A DNA stretch of 56,564 nucleotides, the filler included, from Catajapyx aquilonaris (taxonomy: Eukaryota): assembly GCA_000934665.2 (NCBI GenBank). It is 3 parts of 3 records of this genome, joined end to end, with 100 filler letters (N's around TTAATTAATTAA, not from the genome) between each part and the next. Parts side by side here need not be neighbours in the genome. Positions count along the whole stretch, not along the records: positions 1 to 18,797 come from JYFJ02006608.1; 2 more parts are not named here. One strand, written 5' to 3'. Positions within the stretch are counted from its first letter, which is position 1; each line of letters opens with the position of its first letter. Both the position numbers and the translations under genes were made by a program. Shown in pieces: positions 1 through 12,384 of this stretch. The notes below the pieces were generated by a model. The model did no database searches and was not told where the DNA came from. It saw only the letters and a program-made list of their open reading frames with translations.

Positions 1-1944
1 ATCACCATAGACTAGCTGAATTAATATTTCCTTCGCTTTTTGTGTCGTGTACTGACGGTAATGCCAGGCCACAGGCCTATTTACCTGTATATAAGGCCTA
101 TGTGACAAAAAATAAATCGTGGGCGTCGTACAAGAAAATGGTGCCCACGCAGTATTTTTTTGTCATATTGGCCTCATATTAATATAAGCAGAGCAAAACA
201 ATACTGCAGTAGCAGAAGGTGTCTCTTCAGGCACCTGATACATAGCATCCTGTATTGCCACGTGTTCTTTACAAGTCATTATTCACCCTTCAATTTCAGA
301 CGCACGAGGATGTGGGTGTTTATTACAAGTCATTGCTCACCCTTTCGTGTTGAACAAGGTTGTCGGTCAGATGACCTTCCAAGGTAATTATTTTTAGATA
401 CAATTATGACAATTACTAATGAGGGTAATATTAATTTTTTCTAGTTGATTAATGCAACTTGTTGCATATAGTAAATCTCGTACAGTATATTAATTCCCAT
501 TGTAAGGATGTGTAATTAATTATGTAACTTGAAATTAATTTCATATTTTACTATTTATTATTGTGGGTGTTTGATCATAGTTAGACTTGTATTGGTTCGT
601 ACTCCTTCATGTTTTTACCTATAGGCTACAATGGCTACAGTACCTTCGACCTCAAACTTCTCCCTATTAACTTCAAGGTGAATCAAGGGCTTTCCCCCAC
701 CATTCTGTTCATTGACGAATCTTTTTATGATGAAAGTGTCGTGCACCCGGAAATGTGCATCCAAGAATAATATAATTATACCTTTCCCTATACGTGGAAA
801 TGTCGTATAGGACACCCAAAATAACGTGTCCCTGGAAAGCCGAAATGGACATAAAACGAGCAGTGTGGAGTAATTAATTAGCATATAAGAGTCACATCAT
901 CAGACATAAACAGAGTTAATAAGATGGGAGATAATCGAGTTTTAATTTGCTAATTCTGATATGTTGAAGGTTTAAAAAATTATTTGATTTTTTAAACTAT
1001 CGGTCAATTTATTAGCTTCCTTTGAATGATAGCACTTTATTTAGCTCCACCATCTTTCTTTTAATTACGTGATGACTGGAAGGTTTTTGCTATATTTCGC
1101 GACCATGGAGCTCAACAATCATTGTTGGTTGAACTCTTTTTTTAGTCACACATCTACGACCTCATATTGGCTAATCGTTATACGATTCTTAATTTCTTCA
1201 GTGGCAAGTTCTTCGTCCTTGTGGATGGGAAGGTCGCCTGAATCTTTCCTCATGAACTTGGATGAGGAGATTGGAGAGTCATATAACTTGGGAAATGGTA
1301 CAGTTGCACAGCCCATTATTTTATTTCAGTGTAATTGCAGTAGATTCACGCGCACCGTTGTGTCAAGTGAGCTCCTAAAACATTTTATATCTATTATTTT
1401 GCTTTCAATTATCGTATACAAATGGCTATATTTTAATGTTTTATCTAGCTGGTCATTGTAACTTGATCAGGGCAATTATTGCATGTACTTATGATATTAA
1501 TAATTGTCGTGTATAGAGTGCTGCACGGTATGCCATATTTACATTTGATTTCAATTTCAATTTTTAATTTTAATTCAATATTAATTTTAACTTTTAATTC
1601 AGTAGGCCTATTATATATAATATCTGAACTCTTTGTAAATTCTCCTAATATATTTTTAACAATTCGGTATATATTTTAATAGTTTTCTCTTTGTTTGTTT
1701 GTTTATAGCTCCGCCATCTCTGTTTTACGATGATTTCTAACCGGTTTTGCTGGATTTCGCGACCTTGGAGCTCAACTATTATTACTGCAAAAGTGTTGAT
1801 TAATTTTTTTCCACCCACATCAACGAACTCCTTCGATGTATCATATTGGCGTATTGTTCTACGAATTACATGAATTTTTAGAAGTTCTTCATCCTTGTCG
1901 GAGGTCATCGGATTCGAAGAGAATTACAGTACATCGAGTCTGCA

Positions 1945-1976
1945 TATAACACTGAAGCTTCTTCCTCCGATCAGTT
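1945..1976 (+). promoter_or_regulatory. Core promoter of CD36-family gene 1 (TATA + initiator)
   Basis: TATAA at 1945-1949 and arthropod Inr TCAGTT at 1971-1976 with canonical spacing, about 20 nt before the ATG at 1995; the same arrangement is kept in paralog 2. Confidence 0.6.
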
Positions 1977-1994
1977 CTACTGGGTGTGTCCACC

Positions 1995-4001
1995 ATGCTT
2001 CAAAGACTGTCTGAGAGGCCCCTGAGGACAGCCTCAGTGGGAGTGATTCTGGTGGTGGTGTCTCTCTTCCTCCAGCACTACTTCTTCCCAGCCATGGTCT
2101 ATCTCTACATCAAAAACGTGAGTCGTGTTCAATCTGTCATCTGCCTAACTTGTGATGGGTAATCTTCTTTGCAGTTATTGTACTTGTATCCCAGATCCGA
2201 ACTGTGGGAGCCCTGGGTAGACCCTCCGGTTCCTACTGTGTCATCCCTCTACTTGTTTAACATAACAAACCACGAGGACATCCAGGATTTTGGGGCAAAA
2301 CCTGTGCTTCAAGAAGTGGGAACGTACATTTATTTGTAAGTTATACCCTAATTATTTACATTGGAGTCACATTATTATGAAAGAGCTTGACTAATGGCCA
2401 TTTACATGTGCAGGGCTAAGAGAAGGAAAGTTAACGTAACCTTTAATGACGACTCGACGTTAACTTACTATATTCAGAATACCTACGAATTCGACCCCAG
2501 TTTGTCCACTGGAAACCTAGATGACATGATCACAACGATTAACGCTCCTTTGTTGGTAATTTAATAATGTACCAACTGTACCTAACTGATGGGAGATTAG
2601 GAGACATCCATTGTATCTTCTTCAACGACTTTTCAGGGCGGGATATCAGTCCTGGGCAACCTGGCTGAGTGGAGACCTACGTCGTTCTTCATGAACATGG
2701 TTTACAAGCAGTACAACCAAACACCATTCGTCACCAGACCAGTAAGGGAAGTACTGCACGAAGGGTACCACAACCCTCTTCTGGCCTACTCAAAGTTATT
2801 CGGACAAGTCCAGTTCAAAGATGACAAATTCTCACTCATGGGACAGGTAATGGCTCATTTATGCGATCTGCAACAGTGAAATCTGAGGCCTTTGACCTTT
2901 CAGATGAATGGCTCTATGGAAGGCCCACTAACTGCCAAAACTGGAGAAGACGACATCCAGATGGTGGGACAAATTGTGTCCTATCAGGGTTTGCCAAATT
3001 TACCCGTCTGGAAGGACACACCCTGTAGTGTGATCAAAGGAACTGACGGAACAATCTTCCATCCATACCTCAGCAGAGATGAAACACTTCACGCGTTTGT
3101 TCCAGGATTTTGCAGGTGAATTCACATCACTTGACGTCTACATGCTGGACATTCCATGGTTTCATTTTCAGACCGATGGGCTTGGTATACTCAGAGGACG
3201 TGGTGAGCAATGGCATACNACCGTCGTACCGGTACAGGACGGATATGGACCCTTTCATGAATTCCAAGGAGTACCCACCCAACAAGTGCTTCTGTCTGGA
3301 TGAACAATCGTGCAGCCTTCCCTCAGGACTCATTAACCCATATCCCTGCACAGGACATCCTGTCCTCTGGTCAATCGCGCACTTTTTGGAGGGAGATCCT
3401 TCTCTCCTTAGGGACGTCGTGGGACTCAACCCGGAGGAATCGGAGCACAGCTCATACATAGACGTTCAACCGGTGAGTATACAAGTGGGGCACAGCCCCA
3501 CGGGGGGGCGTGGGGGGGCGAAGTCCCCCGCCCCGCAAAGCGAGTATACCTGTATGGCCTCTGTACATGGTAACTTGCCTATACTTTCCAGGAGATGGGC
3601 TATCCAGTCAAGGTATCACATAAAATGCAAATGAACATGCTACTGAGGCCATATCCTGGACTGGCCGGTTTCAGGAACCTCCCAACTGTAGTTCTTCCTG
3701 TCATGTGGTTGAGATCGGTCAGTGTAGAGCCTACACTTACTACATTGTTGTGTTTCAATGTAGATAATTAGTATTGATGTGATTCCAGGAGATGGACCTT
3801 CCAGAGAGCTACGCCTACCACATCAAATATCGATACCTTTTACCGAAGACTATTTTGACCATCTGCTATTGGATAGGTCTGGTGTTGGGAAGTGTGGCTG
3901 TGTTATTTGGATGCGCAAAATGGGGTCAAACTATCAACACCTTCAGAGCCATAGACAAATCTGTTTTACCAAACAATCAATGTGGGATTGATACGCCTTG
4001 A
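1995..4001 (+). CDS. CD36/scavenger receptor class B family protein (SNMP/croquemort-like), paralog 1
   Basis: 8 GT-AG exons: 1995-2117, 2175-2335, 2414-2555, 2637-2846, 2904-3115, 3172-3472, 3592-3717, 3789-4001, in frame, about 495 aa. N- and C-terminal TM helices; family motifs YLFNITN, KPVLQEVG, CSVIKGTDGTIFHP, NKCFC, AHFLEGD, MQMNM, LPVMW. Confidence 0.92.
3475..3549. mobile_element. 59-bp GC-rich hairpin insertion in intron 6 of CD36 paralog 1
   Basis: GAGTATAC direct repeats at 3475-3482 and 3542-3549 flank a G/C-run stem-loop that is absent from the same intron in paralogs 2 and 3. Confidence 0.55.
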
Positions 4002-4604
4002 TTAATAATGTACAATATTGCCATCAAACTCAAAACTATTATAACTTTTTTAAGACAAAATCATAATTTATCTAGACTTACAAAATTTTTAAATTATTGT
4101 GAATGACCTTTGGGTGAATAGTAGGTATAATTACAACTGTTACTTGATGTAATCTCACTCAAGTCATTAAAAGTATATAAACTTATATAACTTATGTACG
4201 GTGGTTTTTCAACAAAGTCTGGGATTTCCTCATGATTCGTGATAGAAAAAAAAGGTGACCATAAAGATATATTTACACATAGCTCCCACACTTCTGCGTG
4301 ATGTGTTTGTAGCTATGCAAGTAATAATGATGGTTTGTTCCTGCCTCACTTACTTACACCTTGAAGCGGACAATTAAAACAAGTTAAAACATTCAAAAAA
4401 TCTACATAAAAATCATTTTGAAGGGAAAGATCGTAATGGACAACCATGAAAATAATTTCTAAAATGAAAATAATGTCTAAGCCATGAATAAGGTTCTTCT
4501 GTCTAGTTGTGTTATCTGATGAGTTGTGTGAACTTCCAGCATGTCCTGAAATAATTTATTGCGAAGTGCAAATTAGTCCTTCTCTCAATAAATGGCATAC
4601 AAGT

Positions 4605-5035
4605 GTATAGGGGAGAAAAATATTTTTGGGAAATTTTTAAGACACCTGCTTAATGGGAGGGGGCGGTCACTTTTTTCGAAGAAAAAAGTGATGAAAATAA
4701 AGACATCAAAATGATCAAGTGGCTTCGCTTGTGTTGTCCATCCCGGCAACCCCCACCCTACGCGCCCCATAGGGACTACATTTTGTCTTATACCAGGGAG
4801 TTCTCATTCTCAAACCTAATAGCCCCCCAAATAATCACTCTCAGAATTATTTAACTATAGGTCCTATCAGTAGTCACCATGGGGTGCGTAGGGTGGGGGC
4901 TGCCGGGATGGACAACACAAGCGAAGCCACTTGATGACTTTTTATTTTTTTGACTTTTTTTTTCGAAAAAAGTGACCGCCCCCTCCCATTAAGCAGGTGT
5001 CTTAAAAATTTCCGAAAATTTTTTTTCTCTTATAC
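4605..5035. mobile_element. Foldback/MITE-like element with long inverted arms
   Basis: Arms of about 165 bp (GTATAGGGGAGAAAAA...TTAAGACACCTGCTTAATGGGAGGGGGCGGTCAC...CCCCAT) are mirrored at 4879-5035; no coding capacity. Confidence 0.8.
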
Positions 5036-5518
5036 CGCATTGTTAAAAATATTAAAATATTTCGTTTATTTGTTTATTTATTTAAAATGGCGGTTAGTTG
5101 TTTTGATGAGGATCTCAGAGGCAATGAACTGTGTAAAAGACTGTTTTTGTTCATACATAAAAGGAGGTAGGGAATCACCCTGGAGAAGATATAGGCTACT
5201 AGGGGTTAGTTTGAAGGTCAAATATATTGTTACAAGTTTTCCCCCGAGTTGTATATATACAAGCTTGCCTTTGAATCATTAGCATATTTTTTCTCCACCA
5301 TCTCTGTTTTAATATAATTGCGTCTGACCGGTTTTGCTGCATTTCGCGACCTTGGAGCTCAACTATTACTACTGCATAAGTGTTTATAAAAAATTTTCCC
5401 CACACATTCGAAGGGTAATTTCACGCTCTATGAGATGGTCATTTTCAAAATTCACAATTCCAAAAATGTCAAATCATGCAAAAATGGCTCCCAAAACCTT
5501 GATTTCGATATTGCTTAG

Positions 5519-6278
5519 CCCCTTCAGCTCCAGATCGGCCCGAACCACAGAGTTTTCGGCTAACGCGTACTCCGAAGATACGGACAAAATATTTTGCAAA
5601 TAATAACAGCTATACTTACGAGATCTGAAAAAACCCTATGAATGTGTCTGGAACCATTTTACTCGTCTAGAAGTCCCTAAATTAATTTCGAAAAAAGGGC
5701 TATAACTCGAAATTGGACTACTGCCGCCCAACTTCTAGGCTGATTTAATTATGAAATGCGTGAAAATATGCGGAATAACAACTTTGAGAACCATACCAGA
5801 GGAATTTGCTGAAATCGTCGTGCTTTGCGAGAAATAAATTAATATTTATTTGCGGCTTTCTAGCACTTAGGAAAACTCCTAAATTAGTATGAGACGAATT
5901 TTCTGAAATCGTCGTACTTCATGAGAAACAAATAAATTTGGGAGTTTTCCGAAGTGCCAGAAAGCCGCAAATAAGTATTAATTTATTTCTCGCAAAGCAC
6001 GACGATTTCAGCAAATTCCTCTGGCATGGTTCTCAAGGTTGTTATTCTGCATATTTTCACGCATTTCATAATCAAATCAGCCAAGAAGTTATTATAGCCC
6101 TTTTTTGGAAATTAATTTAGGGACTTCTAGAGGAGTAAAATGGTTCCAGACACATTCGTAGGGTTTTCCCAGATCTCGTAAGTATAGCTGTTATTATTTG
6201 CAAAATATCTTGTCCGTATCTTCGGAGTACGCGTTAGCCGAAAACTCTGTGGTTCGGGCCGATCTGGGGCTGAAGGGG
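5519..6278. mobile_element. piggyBac-like foldback MITE
   Basis: Begins TTAG|CCCCTTCAG and ends CTGAAGGGG|TTAA; near-perfect inverted arms of about 350 bp around a short spacer. Confidence 0.8.
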
Positions 6279-7109
6279 TTAATTAATCGACCCCTACGAT
6301 TTCTTTTGAATGACACTTAAAATGACAAGGGTAATGATTACTTGACATTTCCGAAAATTCTGGAGAACCGATTTTCTATTTTCGATTCCAAATTTCCAAC
6401 CAGGCAGCATCTGCACATTTCTTCAGGACAAACGTATGGTACGTCACACGGTTGCGTGACGTCATTCCTATGTGGCCAGAAGCATGGAATGTTGATTGGC
6501 TTTTTCAAAGTTAGGAGTTCAAAGACTTTAGCAGAAGGTCTCTTTTTATGAACCTGATTTGCGTAATATCCTTCGCCAAATAACAAGTTTTTGACGTCTG
6601 GTAAACATGTTCTCAAACTTTTTTTTTCCACTTTCATATGGCATTTAGGCCTATGTGGTTCCAATTATACGTATGATTGCGCACTCACTCACTTCGTCTG
6701 TGGTGTTTGCCATCGCAATATATTGTATAGTTAATTTGTTTCAGTATAATTACAGTTGTTGACGTGCACTGTTGGGTCAAGTGAGCTCCAGAGATTAATA
6801 TAATACCGGTACTTTTAATTAAATTATCGTATACGGGTGAGCTATTTTATTGTTTTGTCTTGCTGTTTATTGTAACTTGAAAACGGTCATTATTGCAAGT
6901 ACTTATAATGTAATAATAATATAATTGTCGTGAATAGATTGTCCATGGTTATGCCATTTTTTGCATAATTTAATTTGAAATTTAATTTAAATTATTACTT
7001 TTAATTAAGTTGTGGTCGGTAATTGTTGGACTTGTGTTGGTTCATTCCTCAAGCAAATTTTTTCTAACAGCTCATTAACAATAGGGTATATTTCTACGGT
7101 TCTCTTTTA

Positions 7110-7126
7110 ATTTATTTATCTATTTG

Positions 7127-7161
<35 letters not shown>

Positions 7162-7431
7162 TAATTTACCCCGTGATAGGGCGAAGCCCTTTTAGGGGGG
7201 AATGGGAGGTTCCCAAGGGAGGGCGCTGTAATTATAGTCATTTATGACTTTGTGAAATACACCAGGCCCTTTCTCCTGGCCATGGGCAGAGTAGGGAGTG
7301 CAATTCTGCTCCGGCATGTCAGTTGAAAAGCGGAAAAAGACCCGGCCAAGCAGAGGTGACGGGGACGGGATTTGAACCCCGGCCTCCCGTTTGGCTGGCC
7401 AGTGGCATAACCATCAGACCACCATGCCTCC
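7110..7431 (-). mobile_element. tRNA-derived SINE
   Basis: Minus-strand head GGAGGCATGGTGGTCTGATGG (A box) ... GGTTCAAATCC (B box), unrelated body, (TAAA)n tail; inserted into an (ATTT)n tract. Confidence 0.8.
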
Positions 7432-7433
7432 AT

Positions 7434-7473
<40 letters not shown>

Positions 7474-7922
7474 TTAATTATTAAAAAGGGCGGTTAGTAG
7501 TTTTGATTAGGATCTCGTAGGCATTGAACTGTGTAAAATACTGTTTTTGTTCAGACAGGTCACTAGCTTGTAGGTCATCTTCTTGGAGAAGTGTTGTCTT
7601 TATAATTATAGGATACCAGTACTGCATGGTAGTGGTAGTAGTTTGAAGGTCAAATATTTTTGTTTAAATTTCCCCCGAGATGGCATAGCCCATATTTTCT
7701 TGTTCCACCATCTCTGTAGAATCATGTCTGACCGGTTTTGCTGGATGTTGAGACTTTGGAGCTCAACTATATAATTATAATTTGTCATTTGTCACAAATC
7801 AACAAACGCCTTCGATGTGTCATATTGGAGTATTGTTCTACTGATAGCATGAATTTTTAGTGACAAGTTCTTCGTCCTTGTCGGAGGGCACCGGATTTGA
7901 ATTGAATTAAATCGTGTCTGCC

Positions 7923-7954
7923 TATAACGTTGAAGCTTCTTCCTGTGATTAGTT
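7923..7954 (+). promoter_or_regulatory. Core promoter of CD36-family gene 2 (TATA + initiator)
   Basis: TATAA at 7923-7927 and TTAGTT Inr at 7949-7954, homologous to the paralog 1 promoter. Confidence 0.55.
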
Positions 7955-7974
7955 CGGCTGGTTCAGTGTCCACC

Positions 7975-9923
7975 ATGCTTCGAAGACTGTCAGAGAGGCC
8001 CCTGAGGACAGCCTCAGTCGGAGTGATTCTGGTGGTGGTGTCTCTCCTCCTCCAGCACTACTTCTTCCCAGCCATTGTCTATCTATACATCAAAAATGTA
8101 AGTCATGATTAATCATTCAGCTGCCTAATTGTAATGGGTTATCTTCTTCGCAGTTATTGTACTTGTATCCAGGATCTGAATTGTGGGAACCATGGGTAGA
8201 CATGCCCTTCCCTGCTGTCACCTCCTTCTACGTTTTTAACATCACAAACCACGAGGACATCCAGGAAAATGGTGCAAAACCTGTTCTTCAAGAAGTGGGA
8301 AGCTACGTTTACTTGTATGTTGCTCTGATTATATCGGAGTCACAAAGTATGAAACAGCTTGATTAATGGCCATATTCATGTGCAGGCTTAGAAGAAGAAA
8401 AGTTAATATGACGTTCAATGACGACTCAACGTTGACGTTCTACATTCAGACAAACTTAGAATTCGAACCCAGTTTGTCCACCGGAAACCCAGACGACATG
8501 ATCACTACCCTCAACGTGCCTTTGTTGGTGAGATAATAATATAGACAGCACTGTATTCATCGCATAAGAGACATCTGTTGTACGTTTCAGGCCGGGATGT
8601 CAATCCTGAGCAAACTGACCGAGTGGAGACCTACGTCGTTCTTCATGAACATGATTTTCCAGCAGTACAACCAAACACCATTCATCACCAGACCAGCAAG
8701 GGAACTACTACACGAAGGGTACCACAACCCTCTTCTAGTCCTCTCGAAAGTCTTGGGACCATTCCAGTTCAAAGACAATATATTCTCATTAATGGAACCG
8801 GTAATGTCTCCATCATCATTTTTGTCATATGAAATGTTGTAACTTATAAATGTCTTTCCATGTCTTTTCAGCTGACTGGCACTTTCGTGGGCCCAATAAC
8901 TGCTAACACGGGAGAAGACGATATCGAGAAGTTGGGACAGATCGTGTCCTATCAGGGTTTGCCAAATTTACCATTCTGGAAGGGCACACCTTGCAATCTG
9001 ATCAACGGAACGGACGGAATGATCTTCCATCCGTACATCACCAGAGAGGACAAACTCTATGCGTTCATTCTACAGTATTGCAGGTACATAATGACATCAA
9101 AATTGGTATAGACTAATAGTGTAATATTCCTTGATTCCGTTTTTAGATTATTGTTCCTTGAGTACTCGAATGACGTAGTGAGCAGTGGCATACCAGCGTA
9201 CCGGTTCAAGACAGGCAAAGGGTTCTACATGAGTCCTCAGGAGTACCCCCAGAACGAGTGCTTTTGTATGGATGAACAATCGTGCAGTCGTCCCTCGGGA
9301 CTCATTGACCCATATCTATGCACCGGGTATCCAATCCTCTTGTCAAACCCACACTTCTTCGGAGGAGACCCATCTCTTCTGAGGGACGTCACAGGACTCA
9401 ACCCGGAAGAATCTGAGCACAACACATACTTCGATGTGCAACCTGTGAGTGTATACAGGACCTTCCTGGCCACTAACATATAGTGACTGGTTTATGCTTT
9501 CCAGGAGTTGGGTTATCCAGTCAGGGCGTCGTTCAAGCTGCAAATGAACATGCAACTGAGGCCATATCCTGGATTGGAAAGGTTCAGGAACTTGCCAAGT
9601 CTAGTGCTTCCTGTCTTGTGGTTGAAAACGGTCAGTAGGTCATACACTTATACTTTGTCAGATGATTATGAGATCAGAGTAGATGATCACTAATATTGAT
9701 GTGATTCCAGGAGCTGGACCTGCCACAGAACTACTCCTACCACATCAAATATCGATACCTTTTGCCAAAGACTATTATTACCATCTGCTATTGGATAGGT
9801 CTATTGTTGGGAAGTGTGGCTATGTTGTTTGGATGCGCAAAATGGTGTCAATCTACCCACACCTATAGAGCCATAGATAAATATGTCTTTCCAAGCACTC
9901 AGTGTGGTATTGACACTCCCTGA
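7975..9923 (+). CDS. CD36/scavenger receptor class B family protein (SNMP/croquemort-like), paralog 2
   Basis: 8 GT-AG exons: 7975-8097, 8154-8314, 8386-8527, 8591-8800, 8872-9083, 9147-9444, 9505-9630, 9711-9923 = 1485 nt, 494 aa. Motifs FYVFNITN, CNLINGTDG, NECFC, SNPHFFGGD, LQMNM; two terminal TMs. Confidence 0.93.
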
Positions 9924-10866
9924 CAAATTGGTGTGCAATATTGTCATGAAGCTCAGCAAGAATGTTACCTCACAGTACTTAATATTTAATTTCAGAGACT
10001 ACTGTACTTGTACGTGGGGTCGATTGAGGTGCAAAATAAATAGGTAAAACAATGTCAACAAATGTCAAAAATTGTCGAAAATTAATTATGACCACCACTT
10101 TATAGTTTCAAGCAGCAGGTTATACCCTACTTTGGTCCCCATATGTACCATACATGTCATAATAAGAACGATGGAAATATTCTGTTAATATTGTGAGACG
10201 CACATTTTAAAGTCTTTTTCTCGATAAATTACATGGAGGTTATTGCATGTAATTTATTGAGAAAAGGACTGAAAATGTGCAAAAAATTAAATTAAACTGC
10301 ATTCAATTGGCGGTTAAAGTAACTAAAGGAACTGAACCAGAGCCGAATATAAAGGGATGCGGCACCCCACCTAACCACTGATATGCCGATCTTAGGTCAC
10401 GGGGGTCTGACGGGGAAACCTACCTGAAAATAACGGGTAATACAGTCTATAGAATACTGTCTATACGTATGGTAGTATAGGCTACTGTAGAAATTCTCTT
10501 TTTACTCACCTGATTGGGTAAATGTCCTGCACCTATTAACAGGTTTTTCTCATCTGGAAAACATGTTCTGAAATTTTTTTCACTTTCATGTGGAATTTAT
10601 ATGGTTCCGATTATACCTACGATTGCGCAGTCACTCATTTAGTCTGCGGTGTCAGCGCAGTTGGGTCTAGTCCATCATTTATTACAGTGTAAGTACAGTG
10701 TTTGGCGTGCACAGATGAGTCAAGTGAGTCCCTGAGATTAATTATACTTTTAACTCAATTATCGTCTACTAGGCCTATATCGTGGCTAATTTATTGTTTG
10801 ATCTATAGTTGGTTGTTATAACTTGATTATTGTATGGGTATATTAATTGTCTTGAATTGAGTGTTA

Positions 10867-11008
10867 CATGGTTATGCCATTTTTTTAAAATAATTTAATT
10901 TTAACTTTAACTTTTTATATAGTGGTGGTCGGTAATTATTACAGACCACCACTATATGAAAAATTAAAGTTAAAATTAAATAATTTTTACAAAATGGCAT
11001 AACCATGT
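10867..11008. repeat. Local palindrome (inverted duplication)
   Basis: CATGGTTATGCCATTTT...AGTGGTGGTC / GACCACCACT...AAAATGGCATAACCATG; the homologous region near 6945-7020 has only one arm. Confidence 0.75.
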
Positions 11009-11087
11009 GACAAGTGTTGCTTAATTCTCCAAGCCAAATTTTATCATACGATATATTTCCTACATACATACATCATCAATTAATTCA

Positions 11088-11595
11088 CTAGCAGCGGATC
11101 CGTTCTTCGCAATGCCTGTTTCCATTGTAATCACCAACAAAATCCCATTGCCATGGACGAACAAAAAACAAAGAAACTTTGCCTTACATACGTGGATTTT
11201 GAAAAAAAAAATGTTATTTATTAATTTATCGCAGCAAGCCCGTGTGTAGTGTCAGATACATAATTATGTTGACCTTGGTGTCACTCCGCGTACGCAAAAG
11301 TGATTGAAATCGGAGGGATAATTATTAAATATACATATGGGGAGCCCGTTCGTAAGCTATACAAAACGCAAATTTCAATCATAAGTGACGCATAATTAAA
11401 GTCGTTATGAGAGCAATGAACACCCTAGTCCAAAGTCACCTTCATTACCTTAGTTAATTTCCATATAACTATCTTCGTAATTTATCCTTCAATCAACGCG
11501 TTCTCAAAAGTTACTAAAGGCAAGTTCAGACACTTCGCGTGATGTTGTTACGTTCATACAAATTTCGCATTTACTTTACATGGTAAATAGGTAGA
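11088..11595 (-). mobile_element. Non-autonomous Helitron
   Basis: Minus strand starts A|TCTACCTATT and ends ...GCGAAGAACGGATCCGCTGCTAG|T: TC...CTAG termini, AT target site, no TSD. Confidence 0.65.
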
Positions 11596-12089
11596 TAAAT
11601 CTCACTTATGTGGAACGATCGATGGTATTTAGGCTGGACTATCCAATTCCGTTGCTGGCTAATTTTTTGATATTAATAAGAATTGATTAAAAAGGTTCGG
11701 TTAGGAGTTTTGATTAATATCTCAGTGGCACTGAATTGTGTAAAATAATATTTTTGCTCTTACAGTACATAAAGATTTTAAATTTTTTAAAAAACTAGGT
11801 GGGGTATCTCCCTGGAAATGACTAGTTTTTAATAATTGTAGTGGGAGTAGTTTGAAAGCCTATAGCATAATTATATGCTTTAAAAACTTCCCCCGATAAG
11901 ATCATAGCACTTTAGTTTGTTTACCTGCATTGATTGAATAATGTCTGACCGGTTTTGCTGGATTCGAGACCTTGCAGCTCATAAGGGAAGGTCATCCGTT
12001 GTAGATCAAGTTGCTGAATGAAACTTGGCAGACCAAAATGCAAACAGTTTTGGCGCAGAATTACAAGGTCAAAAGTTATGACCTCTCGA

Positions 12090-12330
12090 TTACCTTAAGG
12101 GACGGTATTCGGTCACGAGCCACACCCGCTCAATCATATTTGGAGCTACCGTTGCGATCCTATCCCGCAGGTGCTGGATATCTCGGACACCACAAACATT
12201 GTTCATGATAATGCACTTAAAAAGTCGTCCCATCCACGAAACAAACCTGCCGTAGGAAAGCTTCATTTGTTCAGCCTCCCAGTGTGAGAAGTGTTGAAGG
12301 AGAAGTTTCCCAATGCCTTTCTTTCCAATG
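12090..12330 (-). mobile_element. mariner-like (maT/DD37D type) transposase remnant
   Basis: Peptide VRDIQHLRDRIATVAPNMIERVW..TEYR resembles the C-terminus of DD37D mariner-like transposases; degenerate. Confidence 0.6.
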
Positions 12331-12384
12331 ATGCAATAAAATGTCTGTTTACAGTTCGGTTGGGTGTGTGACTGTGTGATCAGC

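Noticed and set aside
3217..3222. Extra codon with N in CD36 paralog 1 exon 6
   Set aside because: AC-N-AC looks like a duplicated overlap at a 1-N contig join; removing it restores GIPSYR and the 298-nt exon length of the paralogs.
7355..7431. Possible tRNA gene
   Set aside because: A/B boxes are present, but it continues into a SINE body and simple-repeat tail with no clean cloverleaf.
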